A stretch of DNA of 54,001 nt, the filler included, from Squatina squatina (taxonomy: Eukaryota), in NCBI GenBank assembly GCA_031763465.1. It is 3 parts of 3 records of this genome, joined end to end, with 100 filler letters (N's around TTAATTAATTAA, not from the genome) between each part and the next. Parts side by side here need not be neighbours in the genome. Positions count along the whole stretch, not along the records: positions 22,787 to 35,577 come from JARFOE010000163.1; positions 35,678 to 54,001 come from JARFOE010000194.1; 1 more part is not named here. The stretch is one strand, 5' to 3'. The notes under the pieces were generated by a model. The model ran no database searches, was not told where the DNA came from, and worked only from the letters and a program-made list of their open reading frames with translations. Shown one piece after another: positions 24,601 through 35,689 of the stretch; position 1 is the first letter of the stretch, and every line of letters begins with the position of its first letter. Both the position numbers and the translations under genes were made by a program.

Positions 24601-24743
24601 CTATAGTTAAGCATCGTCTGTGGATTCTTGAGGATGTAGCGGGATCGACGGCCAACAGCAAGAGAGGTTTTATCCAAAGCCACTTCAAAATAATCGTGCA
24701 TGACATCTCTCACCGTTTGCCAAGTAACAAAGGGTCCCTTCAC
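24601..24743 (-). CDS. Penultimate coding exon of an unidentified gene: [47 protein letters not shown](R)
   Basis: 143 nt between acceptor tcttgttgcatttag|GTG and donor TAG|gtgagg; no stop in frame; higher GC/CpG than its flanks; phase-compatible with 23198-23270. Confidence 0.78.
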
Positions 24744-25602
24744 CTAAATGCAACAAGACATTTTGTTTTCAAAATTGTGCATGTGTGTGTGTTTAACCCA
24801 GTTTTGCCTGTGCTCATTTCCTGGCCTCGTCTTATCACAGCCTGGTTGAAATACCACTGTCGCCCTGCCTATGCCACCAGGAGATCTGGTTCAGTGATGA
24901 AATGCTGATTGCTATAAGTTCTCCCCACATCTCACATGAAAGCATGACCAAGTTAGGTAATTAAGACCTGGAAAGGGGGCGGGAGGGTGATGGATATCTA
25001 TAGAGACTGGGATCTGAAGCTGGATTTAACCCATGGCAAGGAACACCTGCATGGGCCACCAACAGACTGCAGTCCTTTAAAAGGAATCTTTGAACATTCC
25101 TTAGGCAGACCTNNNNNNNNNNNNNNNNNNNNNNNNNNNNNNNNNNNNNNNNNNNNNNNNNNNNNNNNNNNNNNNNNNNNNNNNNNNNNNNNNNNNNNNN
25201 NNNNNNNNNNNNCATGCCCTTCGCATGCTTAAACCTGGAAGTTGCAGGGTCCCTATGGGCACGTGCACACCTCTTACTCCGGGGGTGCGAACTCCAGGCT
25301 TACATTTTACTTCATCAATTGTAGAACTCAAACATTACAACAACTGGTAATTACTGATGCAGTCACAAGTCAAATGTAGTAGTGTCCAATCTATGGTTGA
25401 AAAAAAGTGCGTGTCAGATCCTCCAACTAATCACCAAAATACTAACTGTCAAATGACCACACAGCTCCATGAAAAACTAATATTCCATCACATCCTATGA
25501 GAGAACCTCTTCAAAAGTAAAACTGAGCTGGAACTAATGAGGTCTATTTTCCCTAATCCATTTCCAAAAGGTTTTTCTGTTCAACAATTCATAGAAACTT
25601 AC

Positions 25603-25742
25603 CAGTTTGATTATTTTAATGAGGACCCAGTTATTAGTTGATGATGTCATTAGCTTGAAAAACAACGGAGCGAGTGAAAGATAATTCTTCGGATTGCGTC
25701 GGGCAAGCTCACAGATAACATTCACGGCAGCAGACTGAACAC
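25603..25742 (-). CDS. AP3D1: AP-3 complex subunit delta-1, internal exon (equivalent of human exon 7)
   Basis: (G)VQSAAVNVICELARRNPKNYLSLAPLFFKLMTSSTNNWVLIKIIKL matches human AP3D1 as recalled; 140 nt; acceptor gtctgtcttgtag|GT and donor CTG|gtaagt. Confidence 0.97.
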
Positions 25743-26421
25743 CTACAAGACAGACAGGTAACAGTCTACACTGAATGGCCATAGCAACAACTTGGAATAG
25801 TAGCCAGTTCTAATGTACATCACCTTTAGCCTCTCCCTTGGGATATGTTCTTGGCCCTGTGCTAACTCAACAGTTTATGGCTCTGTCCAGCACTTGCTTT
25901 ATTTTAAAAAATCAAGTATCTGCTGAGACATTTAAAAGATATAAACTATGTGCAATATGAAACCAATGCAAAATTACTTACGTTAATTAATACTTGAGAA
26001 TACAACATGCATTGCAGAATTAGGGAATATTACAGATCAATGCAAATGTCAACTTTTTTTTTATAAATCCATCTTAAGTCGTTTAAAGTCAATTTTATGA
26101 ATTGCTGAATTAATAAATCAGAATGAGTCACTGTTCTAAATCTGAGCTAAACTTGGGACTAAATTTTAAATAGAATCAATGCATTCCTTAAAATACATAA
26201 TTCAGCCTTACCTTCTCTAGAATTTTGTATAAATAATGCCAGATAGTGTTTTCAAATACTATTCCAGCAATTGAAAATTCTAAACTACAGTTGTATTGCT
26301 ATGGATTCCTTTATCTACACTGTTGATGAGTAAAATATTACTGCAAGATGACAGAATCTTAAAATAGCTTGCGCAATTACATGGGCACGGTTTGGTATTG
26401 TGCCCTGTAAAAAAAACTAAC

Positions 26422-26446
26422 CAGAATCTGGATCCTCCAGTTTCTC
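26422..26446 (-). CDS. AP3D1: AP3D1 preceding exon, 3' end only (rest in gap): EKLEDPDS(G)
   Basis: Human has KEKLEDPDPGVQSAAV. The phase-1 donor TCT G|gttagt joins GT of the next exon to make Gly. Confidence 0.92.
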
Positions 26447-28379
26447 NNNNNNNNNNNNNNNNNNNNNNNNNNNNNNNNNNNNNNNNNNNNNNNNNNNNNN
26501 NNNNNNNNNNNNNNNNNNNNNNNNNNNNNNNNNNNNNNNNNNNNNNTTGGCCTGGGTCCCTTTAAGGAAACGATCTGATGACGCATCATCAGGTGACGTC
26601 ATCAGACCCGCTTCCCGTTAGTTGGCCAGAAACCTTGCAGGGCAGGCTTAACAAGCCCAAGCACTGTAAAATTGTGTTGAGAGGACGGGATGGAGCTGGG
26701 AGCGCGTTCCCCACACGCCACCAATACCGGCTGCACCAGTCTCGCCATTGTTGGCCCACAACTTCGACACATAATTTAAGCTGAACTAAGTTACTGGCTT
26801 AGTATGGGCACAGGATATCGTGATTTTGCCCATCTAGTTAATGCAAGTTATATTGAGGGCCATGTCATAAGACTGACTGTAATAGATTAGCCATAACAAA
26901 GCTGTATGAATTGTTTTGTAATGGGACATAATTTTTTCCATGACTTTTAAATTCTTTTTTACTGCAAAAGTACTCATTTCACCTCAAATTAAAACTCCTG
27001 ACATGTTCAAGCAAGGAAATTATGTGAGGCTCTGCTCCCAGTCTACAGCCTCACAGCAGCACAGGTCACACAAACAGCACTTTGAGGAAAGAACACATTT
27101 GCATTTGTACTGTACCTTTCAAGAGCTCAGGATGTATGTACTATCTACCTTAATATCTTAATATCTACGGTTTTGCCACCAGATGATTAACTTTCAGGCA
27201 AAGGGTTTTGCCCATGCCATTTTTTTTTCCATTTTAATTGATGACACAGATGTCTCAATGGGAATCCAGTTATTTTTATGGAATTTGGAGGAAGAAAGGG
27301 AGAAGCAGAAGAGGGATGCCCAATCGATGAGATTCTTCAGAGTTATAACTTCTGCACCCGATTTACCCAACAGCATACATTTAATGACATGAGAATTAAA
27401 CTTGGATTTACTTGTTTGTGCCTTAGTAGGCTACACTCACCAAGAGAGGCAGTGACTGAGTTGAGCCACATGCCATAAATTGACCTCCAGCCAAACTCTA
27501 CCACAGCACTGCTAGTGGCTGTCAATATCATTACAACCCTTGATTTTTACACGTCAAGTTCATTCCAGCCTTCCACAGGGGGCATTAATTACAATGCAAT
27601 ACAATGCAGTGTATAAAGTGAGTGATTGTTGTGTTGTTTGCAAGAGCACATCAGTTTAACATATCCCCTATGGACAACCAACAAAAGCATGGAAGGACTG
27701 TACATTCTTTCCATATGGTGGGATTTCCCAGAGTCCAGAGTGCTATTGATGGGATAATCAGTGCAGAATAATGAGGATCAATGTCCTGTTCCCAGGCAAC
27801 AGTCACAATGCTTTCATTCCAAGATTCATAAGCTTTTTATTAGGATACCAATGTTGTTTACATTCACATCATGCTTGCATCATTGTCTGCTACATTTGAA
27901 TGTTAGTGCTTCTGTTTTGATTAATGCCATAGTCCAGTCTCATTTCCCTTCTCCCCCATTCTACTGAATGTCATCAAATGGAACAGATTTCCTGTTAGTT
28001 TGGCTGCTTATTCTTCGGACTTAAGAGTTCAAGTTGGCCACAAGGAAATTGTTTGGAAATATTTGATTACAGATTCCTACTGTCTTTTGCACCTTTGATT
28101 CTTTTTGTGCCTAAATAAGCAGTTTTTTCAAACAAGTGCTCCTCCCTCTATGTCCCAAGCAGATTGTAATGTAATTTATGCACAAAGTGATGTCAGCACT
28201 GAAGAAAACCCAAAGGTTTAATTATTTCCCTCAGAAATGGACTTTTCAATACTTTTGTAAAATATTAACAAGAAACATAGAGGCAATGTGGTTGATGAAG
28301 ATAAATTCACATTGACAAATTGACAAATCTTTTACAGTTTAGGCAACCCATGGTTAGCTGTGCCATAGAAGTTTTGTTT

Positions 28380-28826
28380 ATTCATTCATAGGATGTGGGC
28401 ATCGCTGGCAAGAACGGCATTTATTCCCAATCCATAATCATCCTTGAGAAGGTGGTGGTGAGCTGCCATTTTGAACTGCTGCAGTCCGTGTTCTGAAGGT
28501 ACTTCCACGGTGACTTTGTCGTAGTGATTTGTTACAACTGAGTGGCTTGCTAGGCCAATTCAGAGGGCAGTTAAGAGTCAATCACATTGCTGTGGTCTGG
28601 AGTCACAAATAGGCCAGACCAAGTAAGGGCGGCAGATTTCCTTCCGATTTGTGAACCAGGTGGGTTTTTTACAAAAATCCGGTAGTTTTCATGGTCATCA
28701 TTACCGGTTGCTAGCTTTAATATTCCAGATTTATTTCATTAACTGAATTTAAATTCCCCAGCTGCCATGGTGGGATTTGAACTCACATCTCAGCTGAGTA
28801 TTAGCCCAGGTCTACTGGATTACTAG
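28380..28826 (-). mobile_element. tRNA-derived SINE family A, near full length
   Basis: Reverse complement of 9425-9832, with a longer LINE-like tail at 28380-28510. Confidence 0.8.
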
Positions 28827-29369
28827 TTCAGCTGCCATTCCTGTCCCATATTTAATGCCACTATCAAAACTGCCACTGTCTGTGTGTCGGTAACAATTTT
28901 CAATGTAGCAATAGTTTTTGATTGCATTACTTGCTCTTTATCCTGAAGTCTCGGCATGAAGGATTCCAGGCTAAAATACAAATGCAATTCTTTTATTATA
29001 TTAACTGTTTCTAGTCCTGGGTTTATGCATTCTAAATGCCATTCATTTTGCCGAGTCGCCATTTTCAGTCTAAAATCACATCTCTAGCCCTCCCTTGACA
29101 TCCAAGTTACAAATCACTTAACTGATTGCCATACTTAAATTGGCAGAACAAATCCTGATATCAAGGAGACTGTGACAAGATTTGTAATTATACTGAGAAA
29201 TTCAATAGAATAAATTTAAGAACTTAAGAATATACAGTGATCGATGTATTGATGCATTGTCCCACCAGGAGGGCGCTGCAGTTCTGGAACTCTCATTACA
29301 GTAAGGATAAAGTTGTTGAGCTGGAAAGCTGTAGAGTCGAGCTACTAGAATGATTAATGCACCAAAAAA

Positions 29370-29735
29370 ATAAAATGCTTGAGGATAGACTCAGCGAACT
29401 GGGACTCGTCTCACTGAAGAGGAGACTGAAGGAGGGTATGGTGGAGTTAATCAAATCATTGAAGGTCCACAAGCAGTGTGTTGAGGCCATTGGGAAGACA
29501 AATTGGGTTTTAGGTTGCACTGCAAGAATAGTACAATACAAAACCAAGAACTCTATACATAGACTGCATAAGGCCTTGATATGTCCACAGTTGGAGTTTT
29601 CTGTCTTGTTTTGGTCTCTATACATGGTGGGAGACAGCAGAACCCTGGAGAAGGTGCAAAATAGAGTGAGCAAAATGATACCCAGGCTCAGGGCTCTCAG
29701 TTATCAGGATAGGCTGAAAGGAGTTGCATTATTTT
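29370..29735 (+). mobile_element. Old CR1 ORF2 C-terminal fragments
   Basis: EDRLSELGLVSLKRRL and QC..A..K.N.VLGC...L...LICPQLEFSVLFWS...LEKVQ.R..KMIP.L..LSY..RL are CR1 motifs. Confidence 0.8.
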
Positions 29736-29744
29736 GATAGAGAA

Positions 29745-30205
29745 ATACAGGCTTAGGGGAAGGTGTTGTTGAAGTAAGCTTGGTGGGTTGCTCCCAGACC
29801 ATACATACTGCAACCACAGTGGATGTGGTGGACAGGGTGGAAAATGACTCCAGTGGCAAGGGTACTGATGAAGTGAACCGCTCTGTCCTGGTGTTGAGAT
29901 GTTGTAGCTGCACTCATCCAGGTGAGTGGAGAATATTCCATCACATTCCTGACTTTTTTTTTATTCGTTCATAGGATATGGGCATCACTGGCTAGGCCAG
30001 TATTTATTGCTCATCCCGAATTGCCTTTCAGAAGGTGGTGGTGAGCCGCCTTCTTGAACTGCTGCCGTCCTTGTGGTGAAGGTACTCCAACAGTGCTGTT
30101 AGGTAGGGAGTTCTTGGATTTTAACCTAGTGACGATGAAATCAGGATGCCGTGTGACTTGGAGGGGAACTAGGAGGTGATGGTGTTCCCATGCACCTGGT
30201 GTCCT
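29745..30205 (-). mobile_element. CR1/L2-group LINE 3' pieces (two abutting fragments, one with poly-A)
   Basis: VRNVMEYSPLTWMSAA is a post-RT motif (29745-29952). 29955-30205 is a 3' end finishing ...gatgcccatatcctatgaacgaataaaaaaaaa. Confidence 0.75.
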
Positions 30206-30599
30206 NNNNNNNNNNNNNNNNNNNNNNNNNNNNNNNNNNNNNNNNNNNNNNNNNNNNNNNNNNNNNNNNNNNNNNNNNNNNNNNNNNNNNNNNNNNNNNN
30301 NNNNNCCCCAATTACAGTGTGTTATGCTTTCATTGTCACTGGATCCATGCCAGGGTGATCAACAGCTTGCCCTGATTGACTAAACCCACCAAGATCTGAC
30401 CAACAATATCTGCAGGCCTTGGCATACTTAATTACCACAGAGAACTGTTTTCACAGAGTCCAGGTCATTAGAAAGCCAGCTACTGCAAGGACACCTGCAA
30501 CTATCATGAAGCATGGCATGTCATATCCAGTGTCAGTCATGGTCAACCTTAACTTAAAACGTGTCATGACCTTCCAGCAGACATGCAACAACGTTGGCC

Positions 30600-30910
30600 A
30601 ATGAGGATGGTGCCATGGAATGGTACAGAGGACTGGATATGGTGGTTGGCTAAGATTGCATGGTTGACGGCGTTGAATGCCGCAAAGACAATTAAGGAGG
30701 GCAAATATGGACAATGTGCCACGGTTGCGGACACAGAGGATATCAGAGGTGATTTTGACCAGGGGAGCCTCAGTGCTGTTCGAGGGGTGGAAAGCAAGCT
30801 GAAGGCATTTGATCAAGGAATTCTGGAAGAGGTTAGCGTGAAGCTAGGAAGCAACGAATATTCAAGAACCTTAGAGAGGAAAGGGAGGATGGAGTTGGAG
30901 CAGTAGTTCG
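30600..30910 (-). mobile_element. L2 LINE RT fragment
   Basis: Minus-strand LQLAFHPSNSTEAPLVKITSDIL...AAFNAVNHAIL matches L2 QSGFR..HSTETAL.KV.ND / AAFDTV.H.IL. Confidence 0.8.
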
Positions 30911-31559
30911 GGAGGATCTGCAAACCAGATAGACACAATATTTAATTTAAAAAATTCAAAGAAAGACGTTTCAAACTTTCATATGCATAATTATCTCAAA
31001 ATAGCCTGTCGGGTTCAGGCTCATACTGACTAAAGCCATTGGTATGATTAATCCCTGGAGACCAATGAATCATTTTGTCACACGAGATTGTATTTTCTTG
31101 GCAACTGCAGAATCTCATGTCCTCTAAACTGACATCGGCATGTTTCTTATTCTTGGAAATATCATGCAGTGAACTGAGGGTGACCTTACTATTTATTTCA
31201 AATATAACATTTATGTTGCAGTGGACTGGATTTGACTTTGGCAGTCGAATAGTAGCAAGTCAAGCCATTTGAAAACAAGACAATCAAGCAGCTGTTACAT
31301 CAACTTTAAAATGGAGGCTGACAGACTGGTGTCAGCCGCTGCTAGATTTAGGCTTCACTCCAGAATTGCAAAGCAGCAGCACAGATCCGTCCATCCTGTT
31401 GGGTTTAGATCGTCATTTCAGGACAGCACACTGTGGACTCCTCGGAGTATGAAGGGGAAGGTGGAGCTGGAGGTGGGGACTATGTCTCCAGATAGAAATG
31501 CTGATGTGACTACACCTCAAGGCATACGTACACACACACATGACTCCAAGACCCATAAT

Positions 31560-31992
31560 TACTGACCCAGATAGTTCTTCCTGGGTTTGTCAGAGCAGGT
31601 TTGCCTTTGGCATTTCTACTTCATGAGGGAGGCTGTCACATGGTTAAGTCATCTCCTGGAAACTGACCTGCAGATAACCTCTACCTCAAGGCGGGCTCTT
31701 CCTGGACTGATGAAGATCACTAGTACATTAACATTTCATACCATCCGATCTATCCGATGAACCACCAGAGGCGTGTACCAAGTCAATTGGTCGGCTGTCC
31801 ATAGATGTAGCAGTCTTATTTGCAAGGGGCAGCGCATTCATCACTTCCCCTAGGGAATGTCGCCATTAACGCAACAGGATGTTTTGTAGTCGTAGGGTTC
31901 CCAAGTGTGTAGAGAATTTACATGGCAACCATTGTGGTCATCCAGGCACTAATTCAATGGTTTATGTGAACTGAAGGGGCTTCTATTCTAGC
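31560..31992 (+). mobile_element. PIF/Harbinger DDE transposase relic (HARBI1-like, inactivated)
   Basis: FLGLSEQVCLWHFYFMREAVTWLSHLLETDLQITSTSRRALPGLMKITSTLTFH...WSAVHRC, then GFPSV and YVN*RGFYS, match the Harbinger transposase N-terminal half (..LP...K...AL.F..SGSFQ.., GFP.V.GAID, NRKGFHS). In-frame stops and frameshifts are present. Confidence 0.8.
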
Positions 31993-32474
31993 ATTGCCAT
32001 CCGCTGCCATCTGTTGTACAACTTGGCAATACGAGTTACCATGTAGCAACAGGGTGAGGAATCTTAGAGCCAACCAGTGCCAAAAAAGCCTATTGGAGTA
32101 AGAAGAAATGGGTGGAGACTCACAGCTTGTTGACTGTTTTGCACATTGATGATGTGGGAGAAATAAACTTGAGTGCAATGGGCAAGTTTAATCAGCATTA
32201 GGTTGTAGAGTCTGGTAGAATGTGCGCTCAATGATGACCACTTGCACACCTTTTCACATGTTTTTTATGCTAATAAACTACCATTTCAGTCTTCAGAATC
32301 AGCTTTAAAGCTCAGTTTTCCAACCTATCAGCATATGCTTGGCTAGAAAACTAGCCTTTAAATCCAGTTTTCAACCAATGAAAACCTCGTTTTTTTTAAA
32401 AAATGCCTCCACCTCTGAAATAGATAATGGAAGGGGAGAGGCAGAGAATAAACACCCATTAAAGGGTGTTAATA

Positions 32475-32715
32475 TTAAGTTTATGTTATTTCTGATACCT
32501 GAGTTACTGTAATATTTGAGTAGTCTTATTTGTGTTTATTTTGAGTGTTTTTACTAATGTAATGTCAATGTTCAGTAGTTTTATTACTGTAATAAGACTT
32601 GAGTATTTTAAATTGCTTTAATAGTGTTTAAGTAGTCTTATTACTGTAGTATTTGTGTTAGTTTATGTAATTTCATGAATATAATAATAGTGTTTGAGTA
32701 GTTTTATTAAATGTT
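32475..32715. repeat. AT-rich degenerate tandem repeat
   Basis: Repeated tagtcttatt / ttattactgta / ttgagtagt units. Confidence 0.55.
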
Positions 32716-33012
32716 TGGGTAGAAATTGCAATTGGAGGCTTCCCGGGGCCAGATGCCTCCGATCTGCAAAAAATCTACAAAAGTACCTGGTGATCCGGTA
32801 AGTTCGCAGCTTTGCGTTCTTCAGCCTTCACAGATGGCCAATCGCAGCATCCCTCTGCTCTCTGTACTCTAAGCGTTTCGCTTGATCACATGGGAGGCCC
32901 CAACCAATCAGGTAGGAGTACCTCCCATTCGTGTTTTTACAGATCTCTGCCATGTATGGGACATCTGTAGAAGCATGAATGGGAGATAGTGAAACTGCAC
33001 AAGCACATCATA

Positions 33013-33089
33013 TGACATATGAAGAAAGATTGGATCGACTAGGCTTATATTCACTAGAATTTAGAAGAATGAGAGGGGATCTTATAGAA
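33013..33089 (+). mobile_element. CR1 ORF2 C-terminal fragment
   Basis: YEERLDRLGLYSLEFRRMRGDLIE. Confidence 0.9.
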
Positions 33090-34518
33090 NNNNNNNNNNN
33101 NNNNNNNNNNNNNNNNNNNNNNNNNNNNNNNNNNNNNNNNNNNNNNNNNNNNNNNNNNNNNNNNNNNNNNNNNNNNNNNNNNNNNNNNNGCACCCAAGCA
33201 TGAAATTGTGGTGATCCTTTGTCACTGACCTAAATGCAATCTGCAATACTGTACAGTCAGCAGTTTATCTTTGGTCTTCCAACAGCATATCATGCTTCAC
33301 AGATATTGGTTTGGGAGCAGTAGCTGTGCAGTCCTGCAGTTAAAATAAAATCATATGTGAGCTTTGGATGTAACTTGAGCCTCTTAAAGAGGAACTTTAA
33401 TGGTGGGCTAAGTGCTCTGTAATACTGGCCCACAGTGTGTTAGTAATCTGTATACTCTGTCCTTAGTCTGTTTAATTTTTTACTTGCAGAGGCTAACAAT
33501 TATTTGCAAAATTGTAACAAAGAGCAGTCAGGACTGGACAGAGAACAAGAAGAAAAATAGTTTGAGTATTTGCCTGTTTACTGATTATAAACATTAGAAG
33601 CACTCTTCCTAATGCTGTGAAATAGACACACCCAAAGTAATTACTTTGTCCACCGTCATATATTGGCATCCATTCTGAATTGGAAGGACACAGTGCTGAC
33701 CTGTAGGTGTTTGTAAAAGCAAATATTAAAAGACACAAGGAAAAACAAAATTGAATAGCGTACTTATTTCATTTTCATATTGCATACAATGGTAGAAACA
33801 AGCTATGATATTCCCCAATGAAGTTAAATAAATCTTAGTAGGGGCGCTGATTAAATGGTTTGATAACAAGCTTTTTGCATACCTCCCTGGCACAATTGTA
33901 AACAGAAAACAGGCAAGATACTTCTGATTTATGTATTGAAAAGAATAAAATAATCTGGAGTGTGTTCCAAGGCAGTAGCACTTATCTGAGTTGGGATAAT
34001 GATTAGCCCCCTGGTTAATCCAGAACAATTAAAATACTGTATGAGCAGCCATTAATCACTTTAAAGCCATTAAATGTCCACTGAACATGGTTAGACGAAA
34101 AAGACAAAGCAAAAAAAGATTTTATTTTCTAAAAGAAAAGAAATCAAATTAATGCACAAGAGATAACTATTCATTTTATAAAGTCACACAGTAAAACAGA
34201 TGTGGTACAGGGAGATTTATCAGATTGAGGTTAATCTTGCAGCCAGATGCTTTCACTGAGTACTCTGCGTGTTGTGCCTGTGCATAATCATTGGATGAAT
34301 GGCCTTCTTCTGTGCTGTAACCATTCTATAAGCATTTTATTTTATCGCGATGACCATTTCAATATCAATTTATTCCAAAGCAAACTATTTTTTTTTAAAT
34401 GCTGACAAAAATAGGTTTNNNNNNNNNNNNNNNNNNNNNNNNNNNNNNNNNNNNNNNNNNNNNNNNNNNNNNNNNNNNNNNNNNNNNNNNNNNNNNNNNN
34501 NNNNNNNNNNNNNNNNNN

Positions 34519-34592
34519 TGACCTGCTGAGTTTTTCCAGCAATTTTTGTTTGTATTCTAGATTCCAGCATCCGCAGTATTTCGCTTTTGTAT
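34519..34592 (+). mobile_element. Probable Penelope-like element terminal repeat, 3' end
   Basis: tgacctgctgagtttttccagca...agattccagcatccgcagtatttcgcttttg matches my recall of a very common shark repeat end; a partial copy lies at 11221-11247. Confidence 0.5.
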
Positions 34593-35044
34593 CACATTTT
34601 GAATTAGTGTCAGTCGAGACTTGTGGGTTTTGCTATACTAGTAGGAAATGACCTTCAACTGGGGAGGTTGGCTTGGGAAACTGTTTGATGATGTGCATAG
34701 TTTATTATAACACTTAAGTTTCACTCTGAAGCCTGATCAGTAAATTTTGGGTGCTGGTGCAAATGAGATGGTTTTAGATGATATGCAGCTCAGGTCGCTC
34801 AGCAGGAAACCGCTGCACATTCCAAGGCCCAGCACAGGAACACACCCTTCACTTGTCTCCTGGTCTCTCTCCGCATCACGTGCTTGGAGCAGAACTCCAA
34901 GCTTAATTAGCATATACGCTTTGGATGTTTGGGTGTCAAAAACACACCCCTGCATCTCAGATTTGGTATAATCTCCCAACACACCGCAGTGTCGATTGCA
35001 GAACGAATAGCAAATAGGTATTCCTTGATCGATCAAAACCCTTT

Positions 35045-35290
35045 TCAGATCGAGCGCGAAGCACGGAGATTTTACGTTTTGGAGGCGTGTCGATTTTGTG
35101 AAATAAAGTTGAGGAAAGATGTATTATTGGAGATTAAATTGCTGTCCGGGGCGATGTTTCGCTCCCCCCCCGCCATGTCTGTGAGTTGGTTTGGTCTGCG
35201 GTATAGCGCTCTCGATCGCTCAGTTCACGCCGGCCCAAGATGGCCGCGGTTCGGGGTCTGGCGACAGGGAGTCACGAAAGGGATATGATG
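35045..35290. promoter_or_regulatory. CpG-rich promoter region upstream of DOT1L, probably bidirectional
   Basis: Locally dense CpG in an otherwise CpG-poor window; YY1-like motifs on opposite strands (ACATGGCGG on minus at 35170-35178; CAAGATGGCC on plus at 35236-35245); lies 200-400 bp before the DOT1L ATG. Confidence 0.7.
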
Positions 35291-35447
35291 ACAAATTACG
35301 TTTGAACTTTTTTTTTTTGTCTCACTCCTCCTCATCATACATTAAAAAAAGAATCAACGCCCCCTTTTTAACCCCCCCACCTTTCCATTTCGACTCTTAA
35401 TTGATTTTTTTTTGACAACCAAATCCTTTCAATCCGTCAAGACATAG

Positions 35448-35576
<129 letters not shown>

Positions 35577-35577
35577 A

Positions 35578-35677
35578 NNNNNNNNNNNNNNNNNNNNNNN
35601 NNNNNNNNNNNNNNNNNNNNNTTAATTAATTAANNNNNNNNNNNNNNNNNNNNNNNNNNNNNNNNNNNNNNNNNNNN
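35578..35677. other. Artificial scaffold-joining linker (44 N + TTAATTAATTAA + 44 N)
   Basis: 12-mer at 35622-35633; DOT1L stops after exon 1 and an unrelated GRIK1 locus follows. Confidence 0.97.
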
Positions 35678-35689
35678 TGAACCCCTGAA

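Noticed and set aside
26574-26606. Small hairpin tctgatgacg...cgtcatcaga containing TGACGTCA
   Set aside because: Only a 10-bp stem, in GC-rich repeat-like sequence at a gap edge; probably part of an unclassified transposon.
34737-35036. 99-aa minus-strand ORF as AP3D1 exon 1
   Set aside because: No resemblance to the AP3D1 N-terminus (MALKMVKGSIDRMFDKNLQDLVRGIRNHKEDE) and no clear donor.
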